Shown here piece after piece: positions 25,335-38,938 of a stretch of 64,000 nt of DNA. Numbering within the stretch: position 1 is the first letter of the stretch; each line of letters begins with the position of its first letter. The notes under the pieces were generated by a model. That model had not been told where the DNA came from. It searched no databases and worked only from the letters and a program-made list of their open reading frames with translations. Source of the DNA: Geosiphon pyriformis uo1 (taxonomy: Eukaryota > Fungi > Glomeromycota); assembly GCA_016748015.1 (NCBI GenBank), contig JAAOMT010000283.1:500108-564107 (forward strand). Direction: 5' to 3'. A program made the translations under genes and the position numbers.

Positions 25335-26640
25335 ATGATAATGAACTTGGACAACTACTCTGCCTTAATAGAATTTTTGGATAAAGAACAATACCCACCT
25401 GAATACACTCGACAACAAAGAGAACATTTGCATAAACAATCAAATTTTTATTTGATCTGCCAGAACCAATTATATAAAAGAAACAGAAAAGATCCTAACT
25501 ACTCCAGAGAGTCATTAGATTTGAAAAAGAAAAAATTGTAATATACAACATGCACACTGACTCATTAGCTGGACACTTTGGAAAAACAAAAACAATTCAA
25601 AAAACTTTAGCTCACTATTATTGGCCTACTTTGGAAAAAGACATTGCTGAATACATCAAAATCTGTGACATCTGTCAAAGAAGAGGCAAATCCAATTACA
25701 AAGAAGATATTTATCCAATCTCTGTTGATTAACCATTTAACAGAATTGGTATAGATGTTGTTAGACCTTTAACAATTACTTCTGATGGCAACAAATATAT
25801 TATCACAACTACCAACTATCTTACAAAGTGGGTAGAAGCAAGAGCCACCCCAGACCAAACTGCAGTCTCAATAGCCAATTTCATTTATGAAGATATCATC
25901 TGCCATCATGACTGCCCCAAAGAACTTTTATCTGATAGAGGAAGAGCTTTTCTCAGTATACTAGTTGAAGAACATTGTAAAAAAATGGGAATAAGTCATA
26001 AACTTTTCTCTCCTTATCACCCCTAAACAAATGGCCTAGTAGAACATTTTAATAAAACATTATGTAAAACCCTAGCCAAAACCAGTAAAGAAACAAATTT
26101 ATGGGACAAAGTACTGCCTTCAGCTTTGTTTGCTTATAGAACTGTGAATCATAACATAACAAGTTATGAACCTTTTTATCTGTTCTATGGACACATGGCA
26201 ACACTACCAATAGAAACTGATATTAAAATAATACTCTTTGAAGAGATTACAATAGGGAATTACAAAAACATTTTGCAAAGAAGACTTGGTACCATTTTTA
26301 ACTCCTTGGTAGAAGCACGAATAATTGCTTTTAAAAAAATAAAACAGTTCCAAAAAAAGCTTAAAAAAAAGAAAACCTATAAAACACTTTCTTTAGGTAT
26401 TGGAATATTGTTTAGACAGAAACAATATCTATGGTAATAAATTTTTTAGCCAATGGAAAAAATCCTTTATAGTCAACAAAGTTTTGAACAATGGTTTCTA
26501 TATTCTTTAAGATCAATTCAGAACAATTTTCAATAATCATCTTGTTCATGATACATGACTCAAGAAATACCATAAACGACCTGATTGGCTGCCTGTTGTG
26601 GTAATACTGACTCAAATGATTAGCAAAAATCAAGTATAAA
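25335..26640 (+). pseudogene. Element D integrase (stand-alone ORF)
   Basis: Starts MIMNLDNY; MHTDSLAGHFG, YYWP, CDICQRR, IGIDVV, LLSDRG. Confidence 0.88.
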
Positions 26641-26680
26641 TAAATGCACTATTTCTAAAACAGAGGTATCTTCAATCAAC

Positions 26681-27306
26681 ATGAACAATTATTTTCTGGA
26701 TCAAAACATTCAAAACCCCTTCTATACTCTCCATGAGTATTGGATCAAAAACTATCCAAATGCTACTCTAACTATTGGAAAACAAACCATCATAACTGAT
26801 AACAGTGGAACACATACTGTTATTAGACCAAAGAAAACCACTACCAGAAGAGAAAAAATTGGTAGTAAAATAGATAAATATTTGTTGGAAAGTATAACAG
26901 CAGCTATACTCTCACCTTCCAATACAATTGAAAAAACATTTCAAGAAATCTTACCCATAGACAAAAACTTGTCATATGGAAGACAATTAGAACTCTATGG
27001 TCATCTTGGTAAAATCATAGAGGATATAAAACTCATAAAGAAAACAACTTCAGAGATACAGACAGAAATTTTGGACATTATATGGTTAGATGTCTCAAGA
27101 GTTTTAACTATTGTTAGAAGAGCCAAAACTCTAATACAAAGATTTGGTTTCCTAGATACTAAACTCATTTCGCCTTAAGTATTATATACCTTATTGACAA
27201 AAAACTTCAACAAACTAGTTAGCTTTGAGTTAGATAAAACTCTTTCAATAGATTACACCATAAATAGCTTAATTTTGCTAAAGCTCAATCTCTTTGGAGA
27301 GGATGA
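26681..27306 (+). pseudogene. Element D ORF3 (unknown function)
   Basis: 165-aa open stretch MNNYFLD...LYGHLGKII...RRAKTLIQRF...ISP that continues past one stop to the PPT. Confidence 0.75.
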
Positions 27307-27981
27307 TATTATGGTTGAAACTTATACTTCTTATTAATTATCATATGTATTAGTCACTAATGTCATATAAATTAGCCACTCTATTTTTAGTAAGTGATCA
27401 TTGACCTAATCATTGACCTAGTTGTTGATCTGATCATTGACCACTTTTGATAGCTATATAAGCAATAAATCTCTTAATCTGTAGAAAAGTATGAAGAAAT
27501 AAAAAAATCAAGGAAATCATATAAATAAAATAACAACTTTCATCTTAATCTCTCTCTTATTGCTAATTTCTCTTTCCTTACTTTCAAGTATCTGAACATC
27601 TTAAAGATAAAAGATTATTTGTTGGTTATTTCTTACTTTTTTCCTGAAATGTGTAATTGCAGTATTTGAAGATTATTGAATAAAATGTGACTAAAGAGTA
27701 CATCTGATACATGATATTGAATTTTAAGAGTGCCAATATGAGGCATAAAATTATATCAGGCATGATTATTTGTTGACAGTATGGACTATTCCTCTACCTT
27801 CAGATTTTCTGGTTACTTTGAAAAGTATAGCGACTGAGATATTTTATAAGACTGATCTTACACATTGAATCTATACTCATTCAATTCACTATTTGAAGTT
27901 GAATTCCCTTTGATTTTTTTTATCACTCTACAATCCTGTTCTCCCTTACTATCTGTTAGCTTGTTACTCCAATCTGTAACA
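27307..27981 (+). repeat. 3' LTR of element D
   Basis: Collinear with 20258-20992; 60 bp shorter, with the difference in the 12-mer array. Confidence 0.92.
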
Positions 27982-29255
27982 ATACTTTACTAAAAGAACA
28001 AAAGAAATTCAGATTAACCAACCAGAGTAATCACAGAACCAAAGAAGAAGACAATATTATTCAACATGCACTCAGATTCAACAGCAGAACATTTTCATAA
28101 AAAAACAATCATGAAAAGAACCAGAAAAAGATATTATTGGCCATTAATGTATTCAGATATCATCTAATATGTGCAAAATTGTAATGTTTGTTAGAGAAGA
28201 GAAGAAACAAGACCCAGTAAACCATTGAGATCAATCAAAGTAGGACAACTATTTGATTACATTGGAATTAACTTAGTCAGACCATTAACAATCACCTGCA
28301 GAGGCAACAGATATATTGCAGTAGCCATAGATTATCTCACAAAATGGCCAAAAACAAAAGCCATTCAAAGAGCAGATGCAGAATTCATTGCTGAATTTAT
28401 TCATTAAGACTTGATCTGTCAACACAAATGTCCAAAAGAATTGTTATTGGATTAAGGAACTCACTTTGTAAATAGAACATTAACAGAATTAAGTCAAAGA
28501 TTTGGGATAAAAAGACTATTATTATCACCATACCATCTACAAACAAATGGGCTAGTTAAAAGATTTAACAAAACATTGTGTGAAGTCATTGCCAAAATCA
28601 GCCAAGAAAACCAGAACAAATGGGACTTGTTTATACCATCAGTATTATTTGCTTATCAGAAAATAAAGCAGAACATTACATAAGCAACACTATTTGAATT
28701 AGTATATGGTAGAACAGCAACATTAACAGTTGAGATAAAAATTAACACTTATCCAACAGAACCAATAACTGAAGACAATTTTGAGGAAACATTGCTAAGA
28801 AGAACATATAACTTGATAAAAACACTGGAAAACAAATGGCGAAGAGCAGCTGATAATATTCACAAAAAAAACAAAAAGAAAGACATGATAACCAACTACC
28901 AAATAAACCAGTTGAATTCAAGATTGAAGACAAAGTACTTTTACATTGTATTAAAGTAGAAAAACAATGGAGTGGAAAATTTGATCCCAAATAGAATAGA
29001 CCATTTCACATAGAAAAAATTCTTAGAAATGAAGCTTATAAATTAAGATGGAACAACAAAATTTTAGCCAAAACAGCACATGGTGATTGACTAAAATCAT
29101 ATTATCATATAGTATTACCATCTACCAGTAATATTCTACAATTAGGAGTACAGCAAATACTAGTCCAACCAGATGAGATTCCACAAGATTTGAAACCAAT
29201 CATAATCATTGGACCAAACACATAAAATGAAACAATAAAAAAAGTATATAAAGAC

Positions 29256-29924
29256 ATGATAGATGTGACAAAAGACTCCAGAAAAATGGAAATCATTGAC
29301 AATATCCATTCATTAGCACAACAACTCTTCTAATTGATTCAACAACAGAATATGAAAATTATCATCAAATAACAAACTATTCAATACTGAAATACCAAAA
29401 AGAGATTCAAATACAAAAGTCAAAAGAAAACAGAAAACACCATCAACAAAATGGTTTCAAAAATAAAAATAGCAATAAAAGAACCAACAAATGTCACCAC
29501 ATATTAAGAGTTGACCAAAAAAACTTGGAAATAGTAAATACACAAATTTCTAAAAAACTTTTGTTATTTCCATTTGGGATGATACTTGAATATTCAGAAC
29601 TTATACACAGATAAAACAAAATGACTATTTGAAACAACAATACTGTAACAACTGGAACAATTTATGAGAAAGAACAATTTGACTACACAAGCAAGAGCCA
29701 TCTATAGACTACATATGAGATTCCAAGACAGACCAAAAGTATTACTTAATCTGGAATTAGACTTTATTACAGTTAACCAAATAAAAAAAATAACTAACAT
29801 TCAATTTGAAGAATTATAGAACAAGATAACCCAAGTAATTCTTGAAAAAGAAGTTCACAAAATACTCAATAACAGAGAATTAGAGTTAAGAGATTTAAAA
29901 GATCTTGACAGAGCTCAATATTAA
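29256..29924 (+). pseudogene. Element A ORF3 (unknown function)
   Basis: MIDVTKDSRKMEIIDNIHSLAQQLF...CYFHLG...ARAIYRLHMRF...ITVNQI...FEEL...RAQY*. Confidence 0.75.
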
Positions 29925-29937
29925 AAGAAGAGAATAA

Positions 29938-30704
29938 TGTTACTCATAAAATATAGGAAATATATTAGCATATAAATTAGCCAATTAGAAGTAGCCATAA
30001 TAAATATGAAATTCCAGAATTTCTCTCAAGAGGAATTGCAGGATTTCAGGAATTTCAGGATTCTCATACAAGGAATCACAGAATTTCTAGTGTGAAGAAT
30101 TGAGGAATTGAGAAATCTCAATTATGTATATATAGCAGTAGTGTTAGAAGTAGAAAAGACAGATCTCTCTATTTAGAATTAAATCTAAGAAACCATTCAC
30201 ATCCCAAATATTAATAAATAATTATTCAATACTTCAAAATCCATTCTCTACTATTAACATTTTATGTTGATAACAATTAATACTTAACCACACTGGAACA
30301 ATAGCTCTTGATCATGGCTATTGACAAAACACTAACTTGTAAATTGTCTTGGCTTATTTCTTTATTTCTTTTCTTTATTTCTTTTCTTTGGGTTTTATTG
30401 TTGTGCACTAATTGATTAAAGAGAATAACACATGGAGTACTGACATTAAAGTGATTGGTAAAAGACCCAGAAATAAGGGTAAAACACTCAATTGAGGATA
30501 GCTTACCAGGAAGAATACCAGCCATTATGCTGAGAAAGAAATTGACGAAACTGCAGTTTCAAGAAGCTACCACTATTAAATCTCTGTCCATTATACAAAA
30601 AACTCTATACCAAAACCTTTAAATATTAACACCAGAGATACCAATCAAGCACCAAGTTACAGATTTGTTATTTGACTGGAGACTCCAAATAATCATCTAT
30701 AATA
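29938..30704 (+). repeat. 3' LTR of element A
   Basis: PPT aaaagaagagaataa then TGTTAC...ataata; right flank ccag resumes the RT of element F. Confidence 0.9.
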
Positions 30705-33700
30705 CCAGGTTTTTGAATATACCATTATGTTATCCAAGTAGACCAAAACAAAGTTTTCTTTTACTGATTTAAACACTTTATTTATTAGGCATTGAAAGGT
30801 AAGAGGAGCATTGGTGAGACCAAAAAGCATGACTGTGAATTCATAGGTGCCATACTTGGTAATAAAAGCAGTTTTTTTTCTGCTTTTTGAATTCATCTCT
30901 ACTTGCCAAAATCCAGTAAGTCAATAATTGAGAAGAAAACAGCACCATTGAATTTATCTAGCATTGCATCAATTTTGGAGAGTGGGTATATGTCTCTTAT
31001 AATGATGATATTTAATTGGCAGTAGTCAACACATAAGCATAGAGTTCCATCTTTCTTGAATACCACTACAACTGAAAAAGCCTATTCACTCTTGGTTTCT
31101 TGTATGAATCCAAAATCTTTTATCCAGTTTATCTCTTTCTTGATAAACTTATTATTGTGTCGATTGGATTGATAAGACTTCAAATAGATGAGACAAGTTT
31201 CTTTTGTGGTAATAGTATGTTGTATTACATGGGTTCATTCAGGAGTATTATCTTCTTTTGAAATAACTGGGCTATTTCTAGCCAACAAATTTTCAATATC
31301 CACTTTTTTTTCTTCAAAGGAAGGTTTTCTTTGTTCTACAACTAATGATTGGATTTTAGGTGGTTTATTTTCAAAGGACTTTTGTACTTCTTAAGTTCTT
31401 CTCAAGATATCAAGCTAATTGGTTCCCAATCTTTGTAATAGATCAGGCAGAATTTGTATTCATCACTTGGTGAATACAAAGATTTATTATACCAGCACCA
31501 TGCACAAAGACCATACCACCAATAACTGTATTTGGCTTTCTTACCAGGTTTTTTGTTAAAGATTCTTCTAAGAATATTATAGTAGGGCCAGTAGATCAGC
31601 TTGCCATTCATCATGATTTCTTCTTTGTCAGCTTTAACATTGTCCAGTGGCTTGCCATTGCTAATGAAAATGGTATAGACAAGTTTAGCAGTTTTTTTTT
31701 GTTCTTCTTGATCTTCATCATTATCACTCTCATTATCATTTGATTCATCTGATTGTTTTTCTTCTTGGTTTTGTCAGATTACTGGAGGAGTTGTCTAATA
31801 ACAGCACTTAACCACAATGGGTTCCTTACTACATCTGATGGTTAGTTTACCAAGTTTATAATCAAGCAAAACTTTTGCTTTTTTGAGCCATTTATTGCCA
31901 ACTATTATGATGTATTTTTTTGCTTTTAATACTTCCATGTCAGTTTCAATGCTAATGTTATTGATTCAGACAGGAACAGCTTTGGCTATGCCCAGACTTT
32001 TTTTTTTGTCACCATGTACATTGGTTATTGGTCTTGTGAATGGTTTATCAATTTTTCTGCCAATTGCTTCTAAAAAGTATTTGGCAATAACACTAACAGA
32101 TGATCCACTGTTCAGAATCAAATCAATAAAGTAGCCAGCCACTTGAGCTTTGCAAATCAGAGAAGTAACATTGCTGTTGTCAGCAAGTCCAGCTTGACGA
32201 GAGCACTTGTTGGTTTTTGGTGTCTTCTTCTTTGGTATTAATGATTTGTGAAGATCTTTTCTGAATTGGGGATAGATTATTAACTGGTCAAAGGTAATGT
32301 GAGCAGGAGTTTCCATGAGATTTTTAACAACAGAATATGATTCAGATTTTTGTACAATTTTTGGAGGTTCCAACTTTGGAAGATTTTTAAAAACTTTAGT
32401 TTTTGGTAGCTTATTGTTATCAGCAGTTGATGTAAAGGCTTTCTTTGGATCTATAACAAAATCAACCTTGACTTTCTTCTTCTTTCTTGTTGGTTCAGAA
32501 GTGTTGATTGCTAGTTCATCTATGTTATGGTTATTATCAGTTAGGTTAAAAGCATAAAAGGGGTTTTTTTCTGGTTGGTTTGTACTCTCATCTTTTGGAG
32601 GTGCACCTATTAATTTAAAGGCTGATAAATAGTGGCTTCTATTAGAAAATCTTCTTCAAAGAAATTGATGTTAGCATGATTGGATCTTTGATTGGAAACA
32701 TTATTATTGTTGGGTCTGTTATTCTGGGTGTTATTATTTCTAGAAGCTAGAGGGGGCAATGAAGGATTGTTACAGTCTCTTGAGAAGTGTTCAGTTAGTC
32801 CACAGTAATAGTACACAGATGGACTGCAATTTTGTTGTCTTTGATATGATGATTGTTGGGGCTGATTAAAACAGGGTTCAAATCTAGGTCTTTGGGATTG
32901 TTGGTTGTCTCTGACTGCTTGGGCTAATAGTTCTAATAGCCAAGCAAGGTTAGCAGTAAGTTTGTCTATTAATTGTTTATTGAAGTCTTAAGTATAAATG
33001 GCAAAAAAAGTTGTAGCCATTTGTGGAGCTAAAGTCATGGCAAAAACAGGAGCAAAAACTGGAAGTGTGGATCCCAAATGCATCCTTTGGTTATCTTTAA
33101 TTATTTGAGCCAGTTCAATAGCCATATTTATTGTTGGGTTGTCTTTTAAAGCCAAGAAAGACCAAAGAGCATATAATAGATTAGTTCTTAATCCTTTTGT
33201 AAAGGAATGGATCTTTTGCTCTTCTGTCCAGTTTCTCCCAAAGTCTACACATTTGATTAGCTTTCTGATAGCTTTGAAATATTCAGTCATTACTACTCCA
33301 GGGCCTTGGGTTCTTCTTTCCAATTCCATGCACCATTTGGATATTAATATTGGAATTCTAAACTTGGTCTCAAACCAAGTAGTGAAAGAGATATTTTCTT
33401 CTTCAGCATTGGTTGGTGTCTATCTGATTATTTAGTATTGAGCATTGGCATCTGTTTTTTGTAAAAATCAGATAGCAGGAGAGCCTTGGAGATAGCCACC
33501 AATGATTTGGAACTTGTATTCTTCATCATACTGGTTGGCTGTGACAGCTCTCTTAAAATCATTCAACTATTCAATTATATCTTGTGTATCATCTCTAAAT
33601 AGTGGTAGTGAAGTATTGTTTCTTTTTTTTAGAGTAGTTTGTATATCTTAGAGAGTGGTCAGAATGTTTGCTTGCATGAGATTATTAGCTATTGGTTCAG

Positions 33701-34923
33701 GAGTAACTGTTTATGTAGATAAGTCTAATTTGCTTAATAAAAATCAAAAACAGGGGCAGTTTGGTAGCTTTCTTCTTCTGTTTCAAAGAGAGTTTCAGTT
33801 GTTTGATGAGCAGCAATTCAAATGTGGATTTGATAATTCAGATATTCAGAATCAGGGGGCTGTTGTTTAAAGGTTGTGAAGTATAAAAGTTGATTGATGC
33901 TGTTGTTTTTTTCTTCAAAGTTGTTTTCAAAATAAGCTTGATCAAAATAATAAGTTGTATAAACTGTATAGGTTTCAGCTGAATGCTCTTTCAAGAACCA
34001 GTTCCAAAAATTTTGGAATTGTTTACTAGATTGATCTTCAATGGGAAAGCAAATCAAGCAGGAGAACAAAGGATTGAGTTCAATAAAGTCTAGATCATTT
34101 TTGATGTGTTCTTCAAAGTATTCTTCTGATTGTTGTGGCAGATATGAATAATCACCCATACAATAGGAAACAAAGTGGATTTTAACAACCTCACAAGGAG
34201 CACCACTTTTATGTTATGGGTTAGAATAACAAGCTAACAGATAGCAAAGAAAAACAGGATTGTAGGGTAATGGAAATAATCAAAGAGAATTCAACTTCAA
34301 AAAGCGAATTGAATAAGTATAGATTCAATATGTGAGATCAGTCTTATAAAATATCTTAGTCACTATTCTTTTCAAAAAGGTAACTGGAGAATTTAAAAAT
34401 AGAGGAATAGTCTCTATTGTCAACAAATGATCACACTTGGTATAATTCTATGCTTCATGTTAGTGCTTTTAGAATTCAATATCAAGTATCAGATGTGCTT
34501 TTCAATTATGTTTTATTCAATAATCTTCAAATGCTACATTTATACATTTCAGAAAAAGTGTAAGAATTAACCAACAAGTAATCTTTTATTCCAAAATGTT
34601 CGGATACTTTAAGGTAGAAAAAGGGAAATTAGCAATAAGAAAATGATTGAGATGAAAGTTGTATTTTATTTATTCTTGATTATTTTGAACATGTTTTTTT
34701 ACAGCTAAAAGATTCATTACTTATATAGCTGTCAAAAGTGGTCAATGACTAGATTAATGATCAGGTTATTAATCAGGTCAATGATCAAGTCAATGATCAC
34801 ATCAATGGTCAGGTCATTGATCAGGTCAATGATCACTATCTAAAAATAGTGTGGCTAATTTATATGATATTAGTGACTAATACATGTAATAATTAATAAA
34901 AAATATAAGTTTCAACTATAACA
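30705..34923 (-). mobile_element. Gypsy element F (D lineage), 5' half; element A inserted in its RT
   Basis: LTR 34212-34923; PBS TGGTGCTCCTTGTGAGG 34189-34205; gag-PR-RT collinear with D up to YLDN..YSKTW. Confidence 0.9.
34212..34923 (-). repeat. 5' LTR of element F
   Basis: Reverse-complement homologue of the D LTRs, with the same 12-mer array. Confidence 0.9.
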
Positions 34924-35562
34924 TTAATATCTTTTTTCTTATTTATTTATTAATTTTTATTTTACAGATAGTTACTATTAACTAAAATAAATTCATGACA
35001 ATATTAAATAAACATCTGTATTATCATTCAATTTATGTTATTATTGTTGAATTAAGAAATTATAACCACTCTTTTGTTATCAATACTTTATATTAATAAC
35101 ATCCAACACTTAATTATACTGGAACAATAGCTTTTAATCATGACTATTAATAAGATACTAATTTTTTATTTTATTTTATTTTAATTTTTTTAATTTTTTT
35201 TTGTTGTTTGTTAATTTACTAACTGATTAAAAAAGATTAAGTACTGAGTAATTATTGTTAAGAATAGCTTAGTAAAAAATCCAGAAATAAGAGTATAGAA
35301 TTTAAAAAATTAAAAATAACTTACTAGAAGGATATAACTACCAAAATAAACCAGCTATTATGCTAAAAAAAAAAATTTGATGAAATAATTATTCTGAAAG
35401 ACTATTAAAACAATCATTAAATCTCTGTTTATTATACAAAAAACTCCAACTAAAATCTTCAGATCATCAAAACTTTCAGATATTACTAATACTATTTAGC
35501 TATTGAACACCAAGTTACAAATTTGTTATTTGCATCAACATTCCAAATAATCATTTATAATA
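34924..35562 (+). repeat. Old degenerate LTR (3' part) into which F inserted
   Basis: Contains ggaacaatagcttttaatcatgactatt and acaccaagttac; ends caaataatcatttataata. Confidence 0.75.
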
Positions 35563-37077
35563 CTGTAAACTATTCAATTAATTTAATAAAATTTTGCTTT
35601 TTGAAGTCTAATAATAAAATAATATTAATAGTAAAAAAAATTTTAACTTTTTGTTTACTGTAAGTTAAGGTTTTTTTGTATAAATTATTACTAAGTATTG
35701 CTTTTTATATCTAATTTGGATCCTTTAAAAAAAGCTTTTATGCTACAGTTTTTTTTAAGTTGTAAATAACAATTTTTTATATTTCTTAATTTTTTTGTTA
35801 ATAAAAAAAAGGGTTTTTACAATTGCTCTTTTTGTAATTGAAATTAAGTATGATAGCAAGTTTTAGTAAATTTGTTTTTTTAGTTTTTTAATATTTGCTG
35901 TTTATTTTAATAATAGTTAACTTTGGCATATATATAGTAAAAAAATTACTTTTGGCTATAATTGTTCTTTCTGGAATTTTTAAGTTTTTTTTGAAAGTAT
36001 TAATATAATGTTTTTTCAACTATTTTAATAGTTATTACTTTGTAAGTTTTCTGGATGTTTTGTCTTTGTAAATTTTATAATCTTATAAAAAACATTAAAT
36101 ATTATAAATAAACTTGATAAAATAGTATTGTAATTTTGGTGTTTATAATTTGATAATAAAAGCTAATTAAATATTGATATAATATTTTTTTGGTTAAGTT
36201 AATTATCAGTTTCTGAAGGTTTTTTTGTTTAAAATTATATCTATTGAATTTTTTTATTATAAAATACAGAGTTCTGGTTTTTTTAATTGTGTTATTTATG
36301 TTGTATTTTTTTTCGAACTAGTAAATGCAGTTACTAAGCTCTGGTATTATCTTTTTGTTTTTTTAATAAACTAACAAAATAAAATTAATATTTAAACTTA
36401 AAAAAAGGTTTTTTTTATTAGGCTATTATAAAGTTTATTTTTAAACAGTTAATTTTCAATGTTATTACTCTACAAGAAAAAAAAAAATCAAAATAAAAGA
36501 AAAAAAATTTATATTGTCAATTGTCATAATTAAGAACAATTAGTCTAAGTTATTAGAGTTTTAAAGTAATTTATGCTAATAATATTTGGTCTAAAATAAA
36601 AATAACAGAAACAATTTATTTAATTTTAATAATTAAAATATTAAAATTATGTACAAATGATTTAAAATAAAAAAATTTTTATTAAACTAGTTTACAAATA
36701 TATATAAAATAAAATTAATTTAGACTATAGTTTTAATATATAAAAAAATGGTTTTTTTTTTCTGCTTGTTATTTTTTTTTTATTTATTTAAAACTATTTA
36801 TTTTTATACATATTTTTTAATTCTACAAAATTGTTTTTAATTGCTTGTTATTACTAATTATTGCTTATTATTACTAATTATTGCTTGTTATTTCTATTAT
36901 AATTTTGTTTTTTTACACTATAATTAGTTATTTTATATTATAACTAGTTATTTTGTACTATTTTATATTATTGTGTATTATTTTGTATTATTTTACATTA
37001 TTATATTTTTTTTATATTATTACATATTAATTATGTTTTTTTAATAGTTTTAAATCGGTTTTTTTATTCAAATAACA
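35563..37077 (-). mobile_element. Highly AT-eroded relic of an H/C-family element (LTR 36100-37077, decayed PBS, start of first ORF)
   Basis: Aligns by eye with 63000-64000 and 10239-11247 after G>A/C>T loss. Confidence 0.7.
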
Positions 37078-38790
37078 GTGTTTTTTTTAGATATATTGCT
37101 ACTTGCAGCAATTACCAGATTTATTATAAAAAAATTATTTGTTTAAAAAATATTGAAAGTAATATAACAAGAAAAATAAAAACAAAAAACTTCTTTTTTA
37201 AAAAAATGTTCTTTGGAGAATTTTAAACATAGAAAAAAAAGAAGTTTTAATTTGATTATTACTTTTAAATATATAATAGTATTAATTTATTTGTAATAAA
37301 AATTATATTTTAATAAATTTGAAATAATTAAGTTTTTTTAATATTTTATGTATAAAATTTTTTTAAAAAAAGAATAATTTTTTTGAATTTTAGATATTTA
37401 AGAATTTAAATTTTTACCAATTTTTATGCAAATTTTAAACATAAAAAATAAATAATTATATTTTTAATGTATTTTTTATTATTTATAATATTTATTTATT
37501 TATAAATAAATTTTCATGTTTATTTTTATTATTTATGTTATTTTAAATAATAAAAATATAAAATATCTAATAATTTTTGTTTACTTAGTGTAAATTAAAA
37601 AATCTTTGGTGTTTAAAAAAAATATTGAAATAATACTGTTTAAAATTATTAATTTGATTTGTATAATTTTAAATAATCACAAATATTATATTTGGTTATT
37701 AATTTTAAATTAAAAATAAATACAAAAAATTAGATTTAATTATATTAAATAAATTTGTAATTATCAATATTAAAAAAGTTTTTAATTAGTTTTGGTTTTA
37801 TTAAGTAAAACTATTTAATTTTTAACTTTGATTGTAGAACTTTAATTTTTGTTAAACTTTTTTGTTTAATTTTTGTTTTAATTAATTTAAATAACTATAA
37901 AAAATATTTAAATTATAATTAATTTAAGTTTTTATTTTATATAGTTTTAAACAATAATTAAATTACATTTGTAAATACAAATAAAAAATTAAAAAAACTT
38001 AAACTTGTTTAATAAAATTAATAATAAAACTTATTATTACTTTAATAATTCAAGTTTTAATACAAAATTAAAAGTTAATTTTTATTTTAAAGAATCCAAA
38101 TTATGAGTTTTGATAAATTAATTATTACTTATTTAATAATTTTAATAAAATTAAATTAAATTTGGTGGATTTTGTTAAATAATAACAAAATAAATATGAA
38201 TTTTAATTGTTTAATAACTTTATAAAAATAATGTAAATTTTACCAAAATTTGGTTACTTAATTAATAAAATAAAAGCAAAAAATCTATTTTTGTACTTAA
38301 TTTAACTTAATAAAATAATAAAATAAGTTTAAATAGCCACATGTAAAAGAATACATAATTCATATTTATTATAAAAATATATATGAACTATATATAAATA
38401 ATTAAAAAAGTGTACTTAATTAAACAATAAAAAAAAGCTATAAACCTTAAATTCAAATACATTTTTAAATTATTAAAACTTTATTAATTATACCTATTTT
38501 TTAAAATGAAAATATTAATTATATAAATTCAAAAACTGGCAATATTTTATTATATTAATTGTATATTATTTATTATTTATTGGTTTAATATTTCATTTGT
38601 AAATAAATATATAAAATACAATTTTTTTATTTATTATTTTATAATAAACTGTTTTCAAATTATCAAATTGTTAAATATTTGTATGTGACTTTAAAATTTA
38701 ATTTTTATCTTTAATTTATTATTTTGAGTTTAGTAATTTAAAACGCATTTTTTAGAAATAAATTTATATAATACTTTATGATTACTAGAT
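37078..38790. other. Extremely AT-rich tract, probably fully eroded TE DNA
   Basis: Very few G/C, no ORFs, abrupt compositional change at ~38790. Confidence 0.55.
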
Positions 38791-38938
38791 TTTTAGCTCA
38801 TGTCAATAAAAATTGCACATGACTTACCAAGACTCATCAAGTAAGTAAATATATTAAATCATGAACCACGTCGAACTTTTCGAAATTTAGACAACTTCGT
38901 TCTCCTCAATAGGGACTCGTACTTTCGAAAAACACATA

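Larger units (their letters stand above)
20258..27981 (+). mobile_element. Full-length Gypsy element D (second lineage, no dUTPase) inserted in the element A integrase
   Basis: LTRs 20258-20992 and 27307-27981; TSD atac/atac; PBS 20999-21015; PPT ggagaggatga 27296-27306. Confidence 0.93.
20128..29225 (+). pseudogene. Element A integrase (stand-alone ORF; 20128-20257 + 27982-29225, split by element D)
   Basis: Starts MNIQKYQQL; MHSDSTAEHF, YYWP, CNVC, IGINLV, YHLQTNGLVKRFN. Confidence 0.88.
1102..30704 (+). mobile_element. Gypsy LTR element A (dUTPase-bearing), interrupted by elements B and D; rest of the 5' LTR lies upstream of the window
   Basis: 5' LTR remnant 1102-1246; PBS 1249; gag-PR-dUT-RT to 6458; RT resumes at 19212 (EVMLFG|SLMNAPATFQ); IN split 20128-20257/27982-29225; 3' LTR 29938-30704. 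Confidence 0.9.

Noticed and set aside
26681-27306. ORF3 as an env gene (endogenous retrovirus/errantivirus)
   Set aside because: Too short; no signal peptide, transmembrane helix or fusion-protein motif visible
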